A stretch of 64,000 nucleotides of DNA. Source: an uncultured Bacteroidales bacterium (GTDB lineage Bacteria > Bacteroidota > Bacteroidia > Bacteroidales > Bacteroidaceae). Both the position numbers and the translations under genes were made by a program. Positions 10,234-19,438 of the stretch are shown piece by piece. The notes beneath the pieces were generated by a model that saw only the letters and a program-made list of their open reading frames with translations, made no database searches and was not told where the DNA came from. The stretch lies in contig CACWTU010000008.1 in the NCBI GenBank assembly GCA_902763885.1, positions 66,427 through 130,426 of the forward strand, in the 5' to 3' direction. Every line of letters begins with the position of its first letter. Position 1 is the first letter of the stretch.

Positions 10234-10293
10234 CGTAAACGGTCACGGATGTACAGATTTTTTTGTACCTTCGCGCTGTCAAATGATATTTTC

Positions 10294-11391
10294 ATGATAA
10301 AAAGGTTCGTATCTTTTCTGTTGCTTGCCATTTTTGTGATAAATCCGGCAAGATCATTCAATTATAACCTGACCTCATCTTCTCTTGATTTCAATCTTGA
10401 ACTTAATCCGTTTTTCTTAAACGACTCCAATAGTGATTTCAGCCTTTCCGGTGTTTCTGAGACTGAATCAAAGAAGCCTGGTCTGAACAAGAGCGCGGCC
10501 ATAGTGCTTGGTACGGAAGCTGTACTTATAACAGGCATTATGTCATCACTCTATGCATCCTGGTATTCCGGTTCAGAAACAGGTGGATTCCATTTTTACA
10601 ATGACAATGACGAGTGGCTCCAGATGGATAAGTTCGGTCATGCCAACTCCTGTTACAATTTGGCTAATGTAGGCTACGAGGCATTGTCTATGGCCGGCAT
10701 GGATGAAAAGCGCTCTATCCTGTATGGCGGTCCTCTGGGCTTGTCAGTCCTGGTGCTGGTTGAGATATTTGACGGATTGTCAAATGATTGGGGCTTCTCT
10801 TGGGGGGATATGACTGCCAATCTGCTTGGCACAGGTCTGTTTATGGGACAGCAGGCTCTATGGCATGAACAGCGTATAGCTTTGAAATATTCATATCATA
10901 ATTCAGGATGCCCCAAGTATGATGTGAAGAACCCTGTTACAATGGAGAGGGATTACATAATGGGTAAGGACTGGCTTGACAGGATTTATGAGGATTACAG
11001 CGGTATTACCGTCTGGCTGGCCTGTGATGTGAAATCTCTTTTCATGAAAGAGACAAGCCGTTATCCCTCTTGGCTTGGCTGGGCCATAGGATATGGCGCT
11101 GAGGGAATGACAGGAGAATACAACAACTACGCTCCCGCAGGAAACGTAGGTGAAGACGGTAACTGGGGACGCGGCTGGGAGGATACGCCCGGGCACTTGA
11201 CATATATGCCAAATGATGCCCGTCAGCGCAGATTGTTTTTTGCTCCTGATATAGACATCTCACGCATCCCCTGCAAGAACAAGACCCTGAAGCATATCCT
11301 GAGAGTGCTTAGTGCAATAAAACTCCCTACACCTACGCTTGAGTACCGTCCGGGTGAGGACCGCCTGGCTTGGCATTGGCTCTATTTCTAA
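10294..11391 (+). CDS. hypothetical exported protein, DUF2279-like
   Basis: ORF 10249..11391, trimmed to MIKRFVSFLLLAIFVINPARS (signal peptide). The DKFGHANSCY and FSWGDMTANLLG motifs resemble the DUF2279 family; recognition is weak. Confidence 0.5.
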   Translation: MIKRFVSFLLLAIFVINPARSFNYNLTSSSLDFNLELNPFFLNDSNSDFSLSGVSETESKKPGLNKSAAIVLGTEAVLITGIMSSLYASWYSGSETGGFHFYNDNDEWLQMDKFGHANSCYNLANVGYEALSMAGMDEKRSILYGGPLGLSVLVLVEIFDGLSNDWGFSWGDMTANLLGTGLFMGQQALWHEQRIALKYSYHNSGCPKYDVKNPVTMERDYIMGKDWLDRIYEDYSGITVWLACDVKSLFMKETSRYPSWLGWAIGYGAEGMTGEYNNYAPAGNVGEDGNWGRGWEDTPGHLTYMPNDARQRRLFFAPDIDISRIPCKNKTLKHILRVLSAIKLPTPTLEYRPGEDRLAWHWLYF

Positions 11392-11497
11392 TTGAGAATT
11401 GAAAATTGAGAATTGAAAAAGACGGTCCGATGGATCGTCTTTTTTATGTCACAAGCTTTAACGCAGGTACAGCGTATTATTTTTCAATTTTCAATTT
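11390..11497. repeat. inverted heptamer-repeat element (ATTGAGA/ATTGAAA arms) enclosing a terminator hairpin
   Basis: Left arm aattgagaattgaaaattgagaattgaaaaa (11390-11420). Inner hairpin aagacggtccgatggatcgtctt plus a T-run (11419-11446). Right arm tttttcaattttcaattt (11480-11497) overlaps the last codons (PKLKIEK) of the convergent ABC ATPase. Confidence 0.7.
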
Positions 11498-12286
11498 GGG
11501 AATGATGCACAGTGAGCCCTCTACATTGTGTATATCGAATTCTATTCCTCTTTGTGAAAAGAATCGGCTCAGAGTGCCGTCCGTGGCCAGTTTTTCAGGA
11601 GTACCGGTAATGACTCCGTTGGTCTGGTCCATCAGCCAGATGGTATCTGCTATCTGTAAAGCCAGTTCCAGGTCATGCGTGGATAGGAATATGGTCTTTC
11701 CTGTGGTCCGTGACAGACGGTGGAGCAGTTGCATCAGCTCTACCTTGCTGGGAAAATCCAGGAATGCCGTAGGCTCATCAAGGAATATTACCGGAGTCTC
11801 CTGTGCAAGGGCTTTGGCTATCATAACTTTCTGACGTTCACCGTCACTCAGCGTCTGGACCATGCGGTCTTTCAGGGCGGTTATGCCCACCATCTCAATA
11901 GCTTCTGAAACGGTCTGACGGTCATGTTCTTGCAGCGTGCCCCAGAATCCGGTGTATGGACTGCGGCCTAAGCCTACCAGGTCTTCAACGGTCATGTTCC
12001 TGAGATCAGTCTTCTCAGTGAGCACCACACCTATTACCTTGGCCAATTCCTTGTCTGAATAATCCTTCAGATTGCGTCCCATTATGATGATATCACCGCT
12101 TACGGGGGGCAGGAATGCTGACAGCGTACGGAGTAGGGTAGATTTACCTGCACCGTTGGGGCCGAGCAGACAGGTCAGTTCGCCTCCATAAATGGTAGCA
12201 TTGATATCATGGGCAACTACGGTCACATTGTTCTTGCCGCGGTATCCGGTGCTAAGCGCCTTTATCTCAATAGTGGGATGCTTCAT
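11477..12286 (-). CDS. ABC transporter ATP-binding protein, FepC/BtuD (iron-siderophore/cobalamin) type
   Basis: Walker A GPNGAGKST, signature LSDGERQKV, Walker B VIFLDEPTAFLD. 269 aa, COG1120-like. Confidence 0.85.
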   Translation of the reverse strand: MKHPTIEIKALSTGYRGKNNVTVVAHDINATIYGGELTCLLGPNGAGKSTLLRTLSAFLPPVSGDIIIMGRNLKDYSDKELAKVIGVVLTEKTDLRNMTVEDLVGLGRSPYTGFWGTLQEHDRQTVSEAIEMVGITALKDRMVQTLSDGERQKVMIAKALAQETPVIFLDEPTAFLDFPSKVELMQLLHRLSRTTGKTIFLSTHDLELALQIADTIWLMDQTNGVITGTPEKLATDGTLSRFFSQRGIEFDIHNVEGSLCIIPKLKIEK

Positions 12287-12293
12287 ATAAATG

Positions 12294-12301
12294 CAAAGGT
12301 A
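12294..12301 (-). promoter_or_regulatory. candidate Bacteroidota -7 promoter element TACCTTTG
   Basis: Matches TAnnTTTG and sits only about 7 nt upstream of the ATPase ATG, implying a near-leaderless mRNA. Confidence 0.3.
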
Positions 12302-12322
12302 ACTATTTTCTACAAAAATAAT

Positions 12323-12347
12323 AAAAGGAGGGTAGTGCCCTCCTTTT
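12323..12347 (-). terminator. hairpin aaaaggaggg-N5-ccctcctttt with flanking T-run on the minus strand
   Basis: 10-bp stem immediately downstream of the 1174-aa gene. It separates that gene from the ATPase. Confidence 0.6.
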
Positions 12348-12372
12348 ATTGTTTAGTACGATTGTAAGAAAC

Positions 12373-15300
12373 TTACTTGAATACTATCTTTCCGTTCACG
12401 ATATTGAAACCGGGCTGCAACTCCTGCAGAGGCTGGCCTGCAAGGTTGTGTATTTCCGGAATCGTATTCTGAATATCCTTCATGTCTTTGACGTCTGTGG
12501 TGATATCAACGTTCTTTTCAGGTAGAACCTCCTGACCCTCTGCACCGAAGTTGTCGAAGCAGAAATAGGCGGGAGTGTTCATGCCATAGTCGCCATTGTC
12601 GGTGCTGGAGAGTGCAAAGCCAATCTTTGCAACTTTACCAAGGCAGGAGAGGTCAACATAGCGCCAGTCTTTGATGATGTAAGCAGTTGTCTCATCACGC
12701 AGATCGGCCAGATAGAATTCCTTTGTACCGGTCACATTGTTATTTGCATCATATCCTGTGATGGTCAGTTTGAACCAATCGCCCTTGCCGAACTTCTTTG
12801 CAAAGGTGTCACCACCAGTCATGGAATTATAGGCATAGCTGCTGTTGGTGATATAGAAGCCAGGAACGACTGCAGAGTCAGAGAGTAGGGTAACGTAGCA
12901 TGGGCCATTGAACTCTGAGGCATAGGCAACGCCGTATTTGGCTGAGCCATTATAGCCGCCGCCAACAACGTTGTTCCACTGATCATCGAGTGTCTCGTAC
13001 TTAGTCTCAGCGCGGTTAGCATATCCAAACCAGTACCAGTAGTCATAGTCGCTCATGCAGCCTGTAGCGAACTCGAAGTCACCGCTTACAAACTCAGTGC
13101 GGTCGTCATCATCCTCTGTGGAAACACTCATGTGTCCCTCCTCACCAATTTCAATCTCCTCAAAAGTGGCAACATCGAGAGGCAATACTACATTCTTCTC
13201 AGGCAGAACCTCTTGGCCCTTTGCACCGAAGTTGTCGAAGCAGAAGTATGCAGGTGTGTTCATGCCATAATCTCCATTGTCACTGCTGGACAGCTCAAAA
13301 CCAATCTTGGAAACTTCACCAAGGCAAGAGAGATCAACATAGCGCCAGTCATTTATGATGTAAGCCTTCTTGGAATCGCGCAGGTCGGCCAGATAGAACT
13401 CCTTGGTGCCGGTTTCCTCATCATTTTCATTGTAGCCTGTAATGGTGAGTTTGAACCAGTCACCCTTCTCGAACTTCTTGGCAAAGCTGTCACCACAGGT
13501 CATGGAGCTATATGCATAGCTGCTGTTGGTGATGTAGAATCCGGGAACAACTACAGGATCATCAGGCAGTTTGATATAGCAGGGACCGTTGAATGGAGCG
13601 GCAAAGGCTACACCATAGTTGGCAGATCCGTCATAACCACCGCCGACAATGTTGTTCCACTGGTCATCAAGTGACTCATATTTTGTCTCTGTGCGGTTAG
13701 CATATCCAAACCAGTACCAATAGTCCCAGTCGCTCATACAGCCTGTAGCGAACTCAAAGTCACCGCTTACAAACTCTGTGCGCTCATCATCCTCTTCTGT
13801 AGAAACACTAATGTGTCCTTCTTCACCAATTGCAATCTCCTCAAAAGTGGCGATAGCGGCAGGTTGCTTAAGTTTCAGTTCCACAGCGGGAACACGACCG
13901 AATACGGCACTCTGTGAGATGGCTGTGAAGTTAGGAGCACGGCCGGTTGTCTTGGACGTAGCACGGTGGTTACCTACAGGGTCGCCAAAGCCGCTGATAC
14001 CCATAACGCCGTCAGAAAGTTCTATTGTAGCCTCCGTCCAGTCCTCGGGAACGGTGAATGTAACAGCCTGAGAGGCGGGGGTAGCAGCCATCGTGTACTG
14101 GTTGCCCTTTCCGTTCTTTACGGTAATTCCATCAGAAGCTTTCTTATATGAGAGGAATGCGCTGAAATTGTGGATGCCAGCCAGTTTGTTGGCGGGATGA
14201 TAGAGGCCGGTGTACTGTACGGTAACAGCATCGCCGGGCATAACACCTGATACAACATTACCGCCTACTATGATGTCGCGATGACAGGGCTTGGCGGTGA
14301 TGACCTGGTAGAGACTCTTGCCGTCAGCGTCAGTCAGACATACAATGTTGCGGCCTTCTGTGAGGCGGACGGTGTAGCTGCCGTCATTATTGTCTGTAAC
14401 TCCATCGGCAGAGAAACCTGTGTAAGATGCTATGTTGGTGCCAATGACTGGACGGGCCAGTGTAACAGATGCAACGCCCTCGGGAGTGAAGGTATAGTCA
14501 AAACCTTCCTCGGTATCGAGATAATAGAGTACATCGAATTCTGCATCGACATTCTCCATGGAGAGCTTGGTGTCGATAGGATCGCCACCACCCCAAGGAG
14601 TGACAGTGGTCAGATACTCCTTGTTGATGATCATGTTAGACTTGATGTCTGTTGCTGCTTCACCTACGGTAACTACAAAGACTCCTGTATTCTCGGGCCA
14701 GATAGCGCCCCAGTCAGCGCCGCCTACAAAATCCTTCTTGGTAGCACCGCTGTATTGATTAAGGTGGATGGCATCATAGGTAACTAATACGATGGCTGTA
14801 CCTGTGCCTACTGCAGTCAGCAATTCATCCTCAACCTTTACGACGGAGTAATCCTCCTCACCGTTCAGATTCACAACGGTAAAGTTATAGTCGGGATCGA
14901 TGAAGTAGTTACCTGTAACGGACTCAATAGGTTGCCAGTTACGTATCGGCAGGATGTCAAAGGTATCACCCACATTGGCTAACTGCAAATGTCCGGCTGG
15001 ATTGATGTTCAGGAACAGGTCGCCCACGTTGTACTTGCTGTTGGAGTTTACGTCATAATCAATGAACTTGGGGTCCTTAGCCGTCATATCTGCATCCGTA
15101 AAGACAAGTGTGGGGCGTTTTGTGCTATCTCCGCTCATGGTAAATATACCGGCTTGAGTAAGTTTGCCCTCCTGGCTGACGCGATAGTTATAGACCTGCT
15201 TGTCTGCAAGACGGAATTTATATACGGTGCCGCCGTTTGTGATGCTGTCAGGAGCTACCTCCTTGAACTTGACAAAGTGAGCGGTCTTGGTGCCAAGAAA

Positions 15301-15897
15301 CAGATTGGCTCCTGCAGGAACAGTGACGCTGTAAGGATAACTCATGGGAGCCTCGGCGCTAACGGAGGCGTTGAAAGTAACAGTACCACTGTAGTAACCT
15401 GAGAGATAGCCTTCTGCTGAACGGGCATCGGATGGAACTATCTCCAAACTGTAGGTGTTACCGTTGAATACCAGGAACATCTTCTTTCCTGAAGTGTATT
15501 CACCCATGGTGGTATTGACCTCATCACCCTCTTTAGTTGTAACCTTCAGGTTAAAGGTGTAGTCAGTACCATACACCCAACCGTTGTTCTTAACCGTTAT
15601 CTCGGGTGAGAAGATAGCAAAAGTGGTGTGGTCGGCATCGATGTCAAGCTGAATGGTTCCGTTTTCAGTCAGAGTGTCCTTATCTGTAGCCGTAAGCAGA
15701 TAAGAGCCGTCTGCTGCATCGAATGTGTACTTGTTGCTGGTGGGGTTACCTACAGCCACAGTGTCATTGGTATCCATATTTACCAGTGACTTGATCAGTC
15801 TACTTTTGGCGTTCATTGTCACCTCTACCTGGGTGGCAAAAGCATTGCCCGCTACGAGCAATGTCAACGTCATGAAGCTTAGTAAAAACTTTTTCAT
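12373..15897 (-). CDS. large secreted protein with two tandem DUF4465-like domains (BtuH-like candidate B12-binding protein) and T9SS-like C-terminal tail
   Basis: 1174 aa with signal peptide MKKFLLSFMTLTLLVAGNAFA. Two ~222-aa repeats carry YWYWFGYANR...QWNN..GGGY...PGFYITNSSYAY...NTPAYFCFDNFG. C-terminus is IHNLAGQPLQELQPGFNIVNGKIVFK. It lies in a riboswitch-controlled locus. Confidence 0.65.
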   Translation of the reverse strand: MKKFLLSFMTLTLLVAGNAFATQVEVTMNAKSRLIKSLVNMDTNDTVAVGNPTSNKYTFDAADGSYLLTATDKDTLTENGTIQLDIDADHTTFAIFSPEITVKNNGWVYGTDYTFNLKVTTKEGDEVNTTMGEYTSGKKMFLVFNGNTYSLEIVPSDARSAEGYLSGYYSGTVTFNASVSAEAPMSYPYSVTVPAGANLFLGTKTAHFVKFKEVAPDSITNGGTVYKFRLADKQVYNYRVSQEGKLTQAGIFTMSGDSTKRPTLVFTDADMTAKDPKFIDYDVNSNSKYNVGDLFLNINPAGHLQLANVGDTFDILPIRNWQPIESVTGNYFIDPDYNFTVVNLNGEEDYSVVKVEDELLTAVGTGTAIVLVTYDAIHLNQYSGATKKDFVGGADWGAIWPENTGVFVVTVGEAATDIKSNMIINKEYLTTVTPWGGGDPIDTKLSMENVDAEFDVLYYLDTEEGFDYTFTPEGVASVTLARPVIGTNIASYTGFSADGVTDNNDGSYTVRLTEGRNIVCLTDADGKSLYQVITAKPCHRDIIVGGNVVSGVMPGDAVTVQYTGLYHPANKLAGIHNFSAFLSYKKASDGITVKNGKGNQYTMAATPASQAVTFTVPEDWTEATIELSDGVMGISGFGDPVGNHRATSKTTGRAPNFTAISQSAVFGRVPAVELKLKQPAAIATFEEIAIGEEGHISVSTEEDDERTEFVSGDFEFATGCMSDWDYWYWFGYANRTETKYESLDDQWNNIVGGGYDGSANYGVAFAAPFNGPCYIKLPDDPVVVPGFYITNSSYAYSSMTCGDSFAKKFEKGDWFKLTITGYNENDEETGTKEFYLADLRDSKKAYIINDWRYVDLSCLGEVSKIGFELSSSDNGDYGMNTPAYFCFDNFGAKGQEVLPEKNVVLPLDVATFEEIEIGEEGHMSVSTEDDDDRTEFVSGDFEFATGCMSDYDYWYWFGYANRAETKYETLDDQWNNVVGGGYNGSAKYGVAYASEFNGPCYVTLLSDSAVVPGFYITNSSYAYNSMTGGDTFAKKFGKGDWFKLTITGYDANNNVTGTKEFYLADLRDETTAYIIKDWRYVDLSCLGKVAKIGFALSSTDNGDYGMNTPAYFCFDNFGAEGQEVLPEKNVDITTDVKDMKDIQNTIPEIHNLAGQPLQELQPGFNIVNGKIVFK
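12508..13851 (-). repeat. in-frame tandem duplication (two ~670-bp units) inside the 1174-aa gene
   Basis: Units 13186-13851 and 12508-13173 encode ATFEEI(A/E)IGEEGH...LPEKNV with high amino-acid identity, and long identical nucleotide runs are visible. Confidence 0.9.
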
Positions 15898-15920
15898 TTT
15901 GTCGATTATAAATTAAATGG

Positions 15921-17207
15921 TTATTGATTTAATATCATTTTCTTTCCGTCCTTTATATAGAGCCTCAGAGGCATTATTCCATTTGATGCTTCCGGATTTG
16001 TGATTGGTCTGCCGCTGAAGTCATATACTGAGTGTCCGTTGTCAAACATTGAACGTATAATATTTTCAACATTGTCAAAATGGCCGTCCGGTGGCAAAGC
16101 CAGAAAGTGTCCCGGGTTGATATAGACCTTGTGTTTGCCTATCAACTGACCCTCCGGTGTCCACTGATAGAGGTAGCCTGCGCCTTCAAATGATCCGGCA
16201 TCGGTACCATAGATATATCCGGTGTAGGGGTTTACGTAGATGCCGTACGGTTGCATCATTTCTGAGAAATCTGATTTTAATGTGCCTGGCAGCGTCAGCG
16301 ACAGTCCGCTTTCTCCTCCGGTTTCAATCATTGTCTGGGGGTCAATGGTAAGACATGAAAACTCATATTCACTCGTGATATATGAGAAACATGAGCCTAC
16401 GGCAAGGAACTTACCGTCCAGGGTAGTGGTATTATAGGTTACGGGATAGTTAAATACAACAAAGCATTCCTGATTGTTGAGTGCCTTCTCGCAATCCAGG
16501 ATAAGACCGCAGGCGGGTATCTCATAGTAGTCACCGGGCGAGTTGATGCAGAGATAGCGTCCGCTCTGCGACATCTCTCCGTAGAGATTGGGAATACCGG
16601 TATTGACATTCTTCTCCAGCTCCATCGTTGAGGCATTGACTATGCTCACAGTCGTTTCAAGGTCATGGTCATATTCCTGTGCCGCATATCCGCCGGTGTT
16701 GGCCACAAAGAGGTGTCCGTCATAGAGGGCAATGCCTTCAGGCTCGTAACCTACCTCGCAGGCGGCAACGGTCTTGAAGCTGGCTAAATCAATCTTTGCC
16801 ACGAAACCTTTGTCAAAATACTTGTAGCCGCTTGTGGTCAGGCACTCATGTCCGTAGCTGGTCACATATACATACTTGCCGTCAGTGCACAGCCTGCGGT
16901 TGTTGGGGATGTCCTCTGTGGCAGCTACAGCCTTGCCTTCAGGGGTTATGAACTGAATTATGTTTGACCAGTTAATGGTTATTGCTATTAGGCTGTCATT
17001 GATTTGGATGATGTCGTTTGGGGTGTCGCCAAGTTTATAACCGTTTTTGTCACGGAACCACTGGTTACTCACCACTTGTCCGTCCTCAAAGTAGGTCATA
17101 CGGCCGTTGTCTGCCTGCCACATTCCCTCGTTCAGTAGAATGATGCGTTCCTGAGCGTGTAAGCTGACCGTGATGGCGCAAATGATTATAAGGATGAGTT
17201 TTTTCAT
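15921..17207 (-). CDS. secreted beta-propeller-like protein, candidate BtuG-like B12 capture protein, T9SS-like C-terminal tail
   Basis: 428 aa with signal peptide. Its start overlaps the TonB receptor stop by 4 nt (17204-17207). Repetitive YV(T/N)..G.. blades. C-terminus is SVYDFSGRPITNPEASNGIMPLRLYIKDGKKMILNQ. The call rests mainly on position next to btuB. Confidence 0.5.
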   Translation of the reverse strand: MKKLILIIICAITVSLHAQERIILLNEGMWQADNGRMTYFEDGQVVSNQWFRDKNGYKLGDTPNDIIQINDSLIAITINWSNIIQFITPEGKAVAATEDIPNNRRLCTDGKYVYVTSYGHECLTTSGYKYFDKGFVAKIDLASFKTVAACEVGYEPEGIALYDGHLFVANTGGYAAQEYDHDLETTVSIVNASTMELEKNVNTGIPNLYGEMSQSGRYLCINSPGDYYEIPACGLILDCEKALNNQECFVVFNYPVTYNTTTLDGKFLAVGSCFSYITSEYEFSCLTIDPQTMIETGGESGLSLTLPGTLKSDFSEMMQPYGIYVNPYTGYIYGTDAGSFEGAGYLYQWTPEGQLIGKHKVYINPGHFLALPPDGHFDNVENIIRSMFDNGHSVYDFSGRPITNPEASNGIMPLRLYIKDGKKMILNQ

Positions 17208-19195
17208 ATTCCAAATGAGAGTGTCAGTTTATAGTTGCGGCCGGGCATAGGGTAGCGCGGCAGATGTTCATATTGTTCATCCAGAACATCGCACACTTCA
17301 AGACAGATGCCCAGTGAAGTCTTTTTGATGTTACGGGTATAGGTGAGCTTCATGTCAATGTTATGATAAGGCTCCAGGATGTCCTCGGGGTCAGCTTTGC
17401 TCCACATACGCTCACCTACGTACAGGTATGAGGTGGTGAACTGCAGCGTACGCCAGCCACAGATGGCGGTAATGCCTGTTGAAAGAGTAGGTGAGTAGCA
17501 GATAGGCTTGTCATACATATCCTCATCCTCAGGGTCGGTCCTGTCCACGTCACGCTGCCAGGTGATGGAATTGAGCAGTGAGAAATGCCAGTCATCAGTG
17601 TGATAACGTCCTTGTATCGTGGCGTTGAGGCCTCGGCAGAAGGTATAGCCGTAGTTCATCATGGACCATGTGTAGGTTCCTTTCAGGGGCAGGCACACTA
17701 TGCGGTTCTCTATCTTGTTCTGATAGATGTCCGCTTGCAGAGATGCGTTCCAATGACGGGTGTCTAAGTGGTACTCCAATCCCAGATTCAGCTGTTTCGT
17801 ATATTCAGGCTTCAGGTTGCGGTTGCCCACCTGAGTGTAGTACAGGTCATTAAGTGTGGGAGCACGGAAGATGGTCTTGTACCATGCTCTGAATGTCAGT
17901 CCTTTTATTGTATAGGCTGTTGAGACTGCAGGCGTCCAGCGGTCCAGCGGATCAGCTGCACCCACATTCGCAAAGGTTTGATCTTTATAATGCTGGTGCA
18001 GCAAGGAGCCCGCCACCTGCAGGCCATGCCAATCGGCCCGTACCGCCATCACCTGCTTCTGGTCTATACGCACTACATCATCAAATCTCTTAAGATCAGC
18101 CTCCAACTGGCTGTAACGGATATCGTAGCTGGCAGAGAATGATATCCAGGGCCAGGGCATGAATGCATAGCTTATTGCCCCGTAGCCATCCTGTTGACGA
18201 TAGTGATTGTCAACACGTGCGGTGTTCTGGTTCTCGGGGTAGTCAGTGCAGTAACGCAGATACTCGTTGGCGTATTTGGCATTAAGCTTTACGTGGTGGT
18301 ATTCCAGGAACTGCTTCTGATACGAGGCTTGTATGAAGAAGTCACGGTCCCATTCGCGCCCTACGTTGACATATTTGTTACTCAGACGCCGCACGATACC
18401 GCCCGGACATCCACGCTCGCTGTCATAATAATAGATGTGTGATGAGAATCCATCCTTGAACAAGGCTCCCTCAATGCGTCCGTAACGGATATCACTGTTG
18501 GTGCGGCGTCCTACGGTGTCTTCAAACTCTGAGTGGTAGCGGAATGGATAGTCGCCACGTGAGTCCGTCCATTCTCCATCGATGAATCCGCTCCATCCGT
18601 TTCTCTCAAACTGTGCATTGGCCTTTGCCATCCAAGTGGAGAATGATGCACGGCGTAACTGTATATCCAATGAGTCTTTTATGGGACGGCGGGTACGCAA
18701 ATAGACGGTTGCTCCTGAGGCATATTCTGATGCTGACTGGCAGTTGTCAAGCTTGTTTGCGTTGTAGAGCGATACGCTCTCCATCGTTGACAATGAAAAC
18801 TTACCCAGGTCTACAGTTCCGTTCTGGGCGTTGGTGATGCGGATACCGTCAACATAGACGCCCACATGCTGCGCTCCGAGTGAGCGGACGTTTATGGTCT
18901 TGAGACCTCCAAGTCCGCCGTAATCCTTAATCTGTACGCCCGCAAAATACTTAAGTGCATCGGCCACCGTAGTGGTGCTCAGAGCCTGAAGCTCGTTTCC
19001 ATGTAGTGTCTGAGATGTGGCTATGGTATGGGATGGCTCTTCAGAGATAATGATAACTTCCTGCAAATGCTGAATGCTGTCAAGACTTGACGGTATATAC
19101 CTGGTCCCAACATCCTGTGCCATGACATGCCACACTGGCATGCATAACAGCATCATCAACCACAATTTGCTGTGTTTTTGCTTACAAGCTTGCAT
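17204..19195 (-). CDS. btuB: TonB-dependent outer-membrane receptor, cobalamin-type
   Basis: 663 aa with signal peptide. Plug domain motifs (VADALKYFAGVQIKDYGGLGGLKTINVRSLG), a beta-barrel body, and a cobalamin riboswitch directly upstream. Confidence 0.8.
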   Translation of the reverse strand: MQACKQKHSKLWLMMLLCMPVWHVMAQDVGTRYIPSSLDSIQHLQEVIIISEEPSHTIATSQTLHGNELQALSTTTVADALKYFAGVQIKDYGGLGGLKTINVRSLGAQHVGVYVDGIRITNAQNGTVDLGKFSLSTMESVSLYNANKLDNCQSASEYASGATVYLRTRRPIKDSLDIQLRRASFSTWMAKANAQFERNGWSGFIDGEWTDSRGDYPFRYHSEFEDTVGRRTNSDIRYGRIEGALFKDGFSSHIYYYDSERGCPGGIVRRLSNKYVNVGREWDRDFFIQASYQKQFLEYHHVKLNAKYANEYLRYCTDYPENQNTARVDNHYRQQDGYGAISYAFMPWPWISFSASYDIRYSQLEADLKRFDDVVRIDQKQVMAVRADWHGLQVAGSLLHQHYKDQTFANVGAADPLDRWTPAVSTAYTIKGLTFRAWYKTIFRAPTLNDLYYTQVGNRNLKPEYTKQLNLGLEYHLDTRHWNASLQADIYQNKIENRIVCLPLKGTYTWSMMNYGYTFCRGLNATIQGRYHTDDWHFSLLNSITWQRDVDRTDPEDEDMYDKPICYSPTLSTGITAICGWRTLQFTTSYLYVGERMWSKADPEDILEPYHNIDMKLTYTRNIKKTSLGICLEVCDVLDEQYEHLPRYPMPGRNYKLTLSFGI

Positions 19196-19234
19196 TTCGA
19201 ATCATCAGCCCATCCCCGGGGTGCTTTATGTTGA

Positions 19235-19430
19235 CTCTTGCAAGAGGCAGGTCTTCTGACTATGTCGTCCGGTCGCAAACGCCTTCCCAATAAACTCAGT
19301 GGCATATTGTTTGCCGGTAAAACACGACTTACAGCTGCGGGACAGTCCGGGATTTTCACCCGATTCCCTTTTAATCTCTCATGTCTTGAAAGTCAAGCCT
19401 TTAACTGACTATGCAAGGGAGAGAACCAAT
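19235..19430 (-). promoter_or_regulatory. cobalamin (B12) riboswitch
   Basis: The minus-strand leader reads aaaagggaatcgggtgaaaatcccggactgtcccgcagctgtaag ... gccactgag...tgggaaggcg ... agtcagaagacctgcc (B12 box, 19246-19261). All are hallmark conserved blocks. Confidence 0.85.
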
Positions 19431-19438
19431 TGCATTTG

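Noticed and set aside
11406-11834. 142-aa + strand ORF overlapping the ABC ATPase.
   Set aside because: It is antisense to a gene with complete Walker A, signature and Walker B motifs, and it begins inside the heptamer repeat element.
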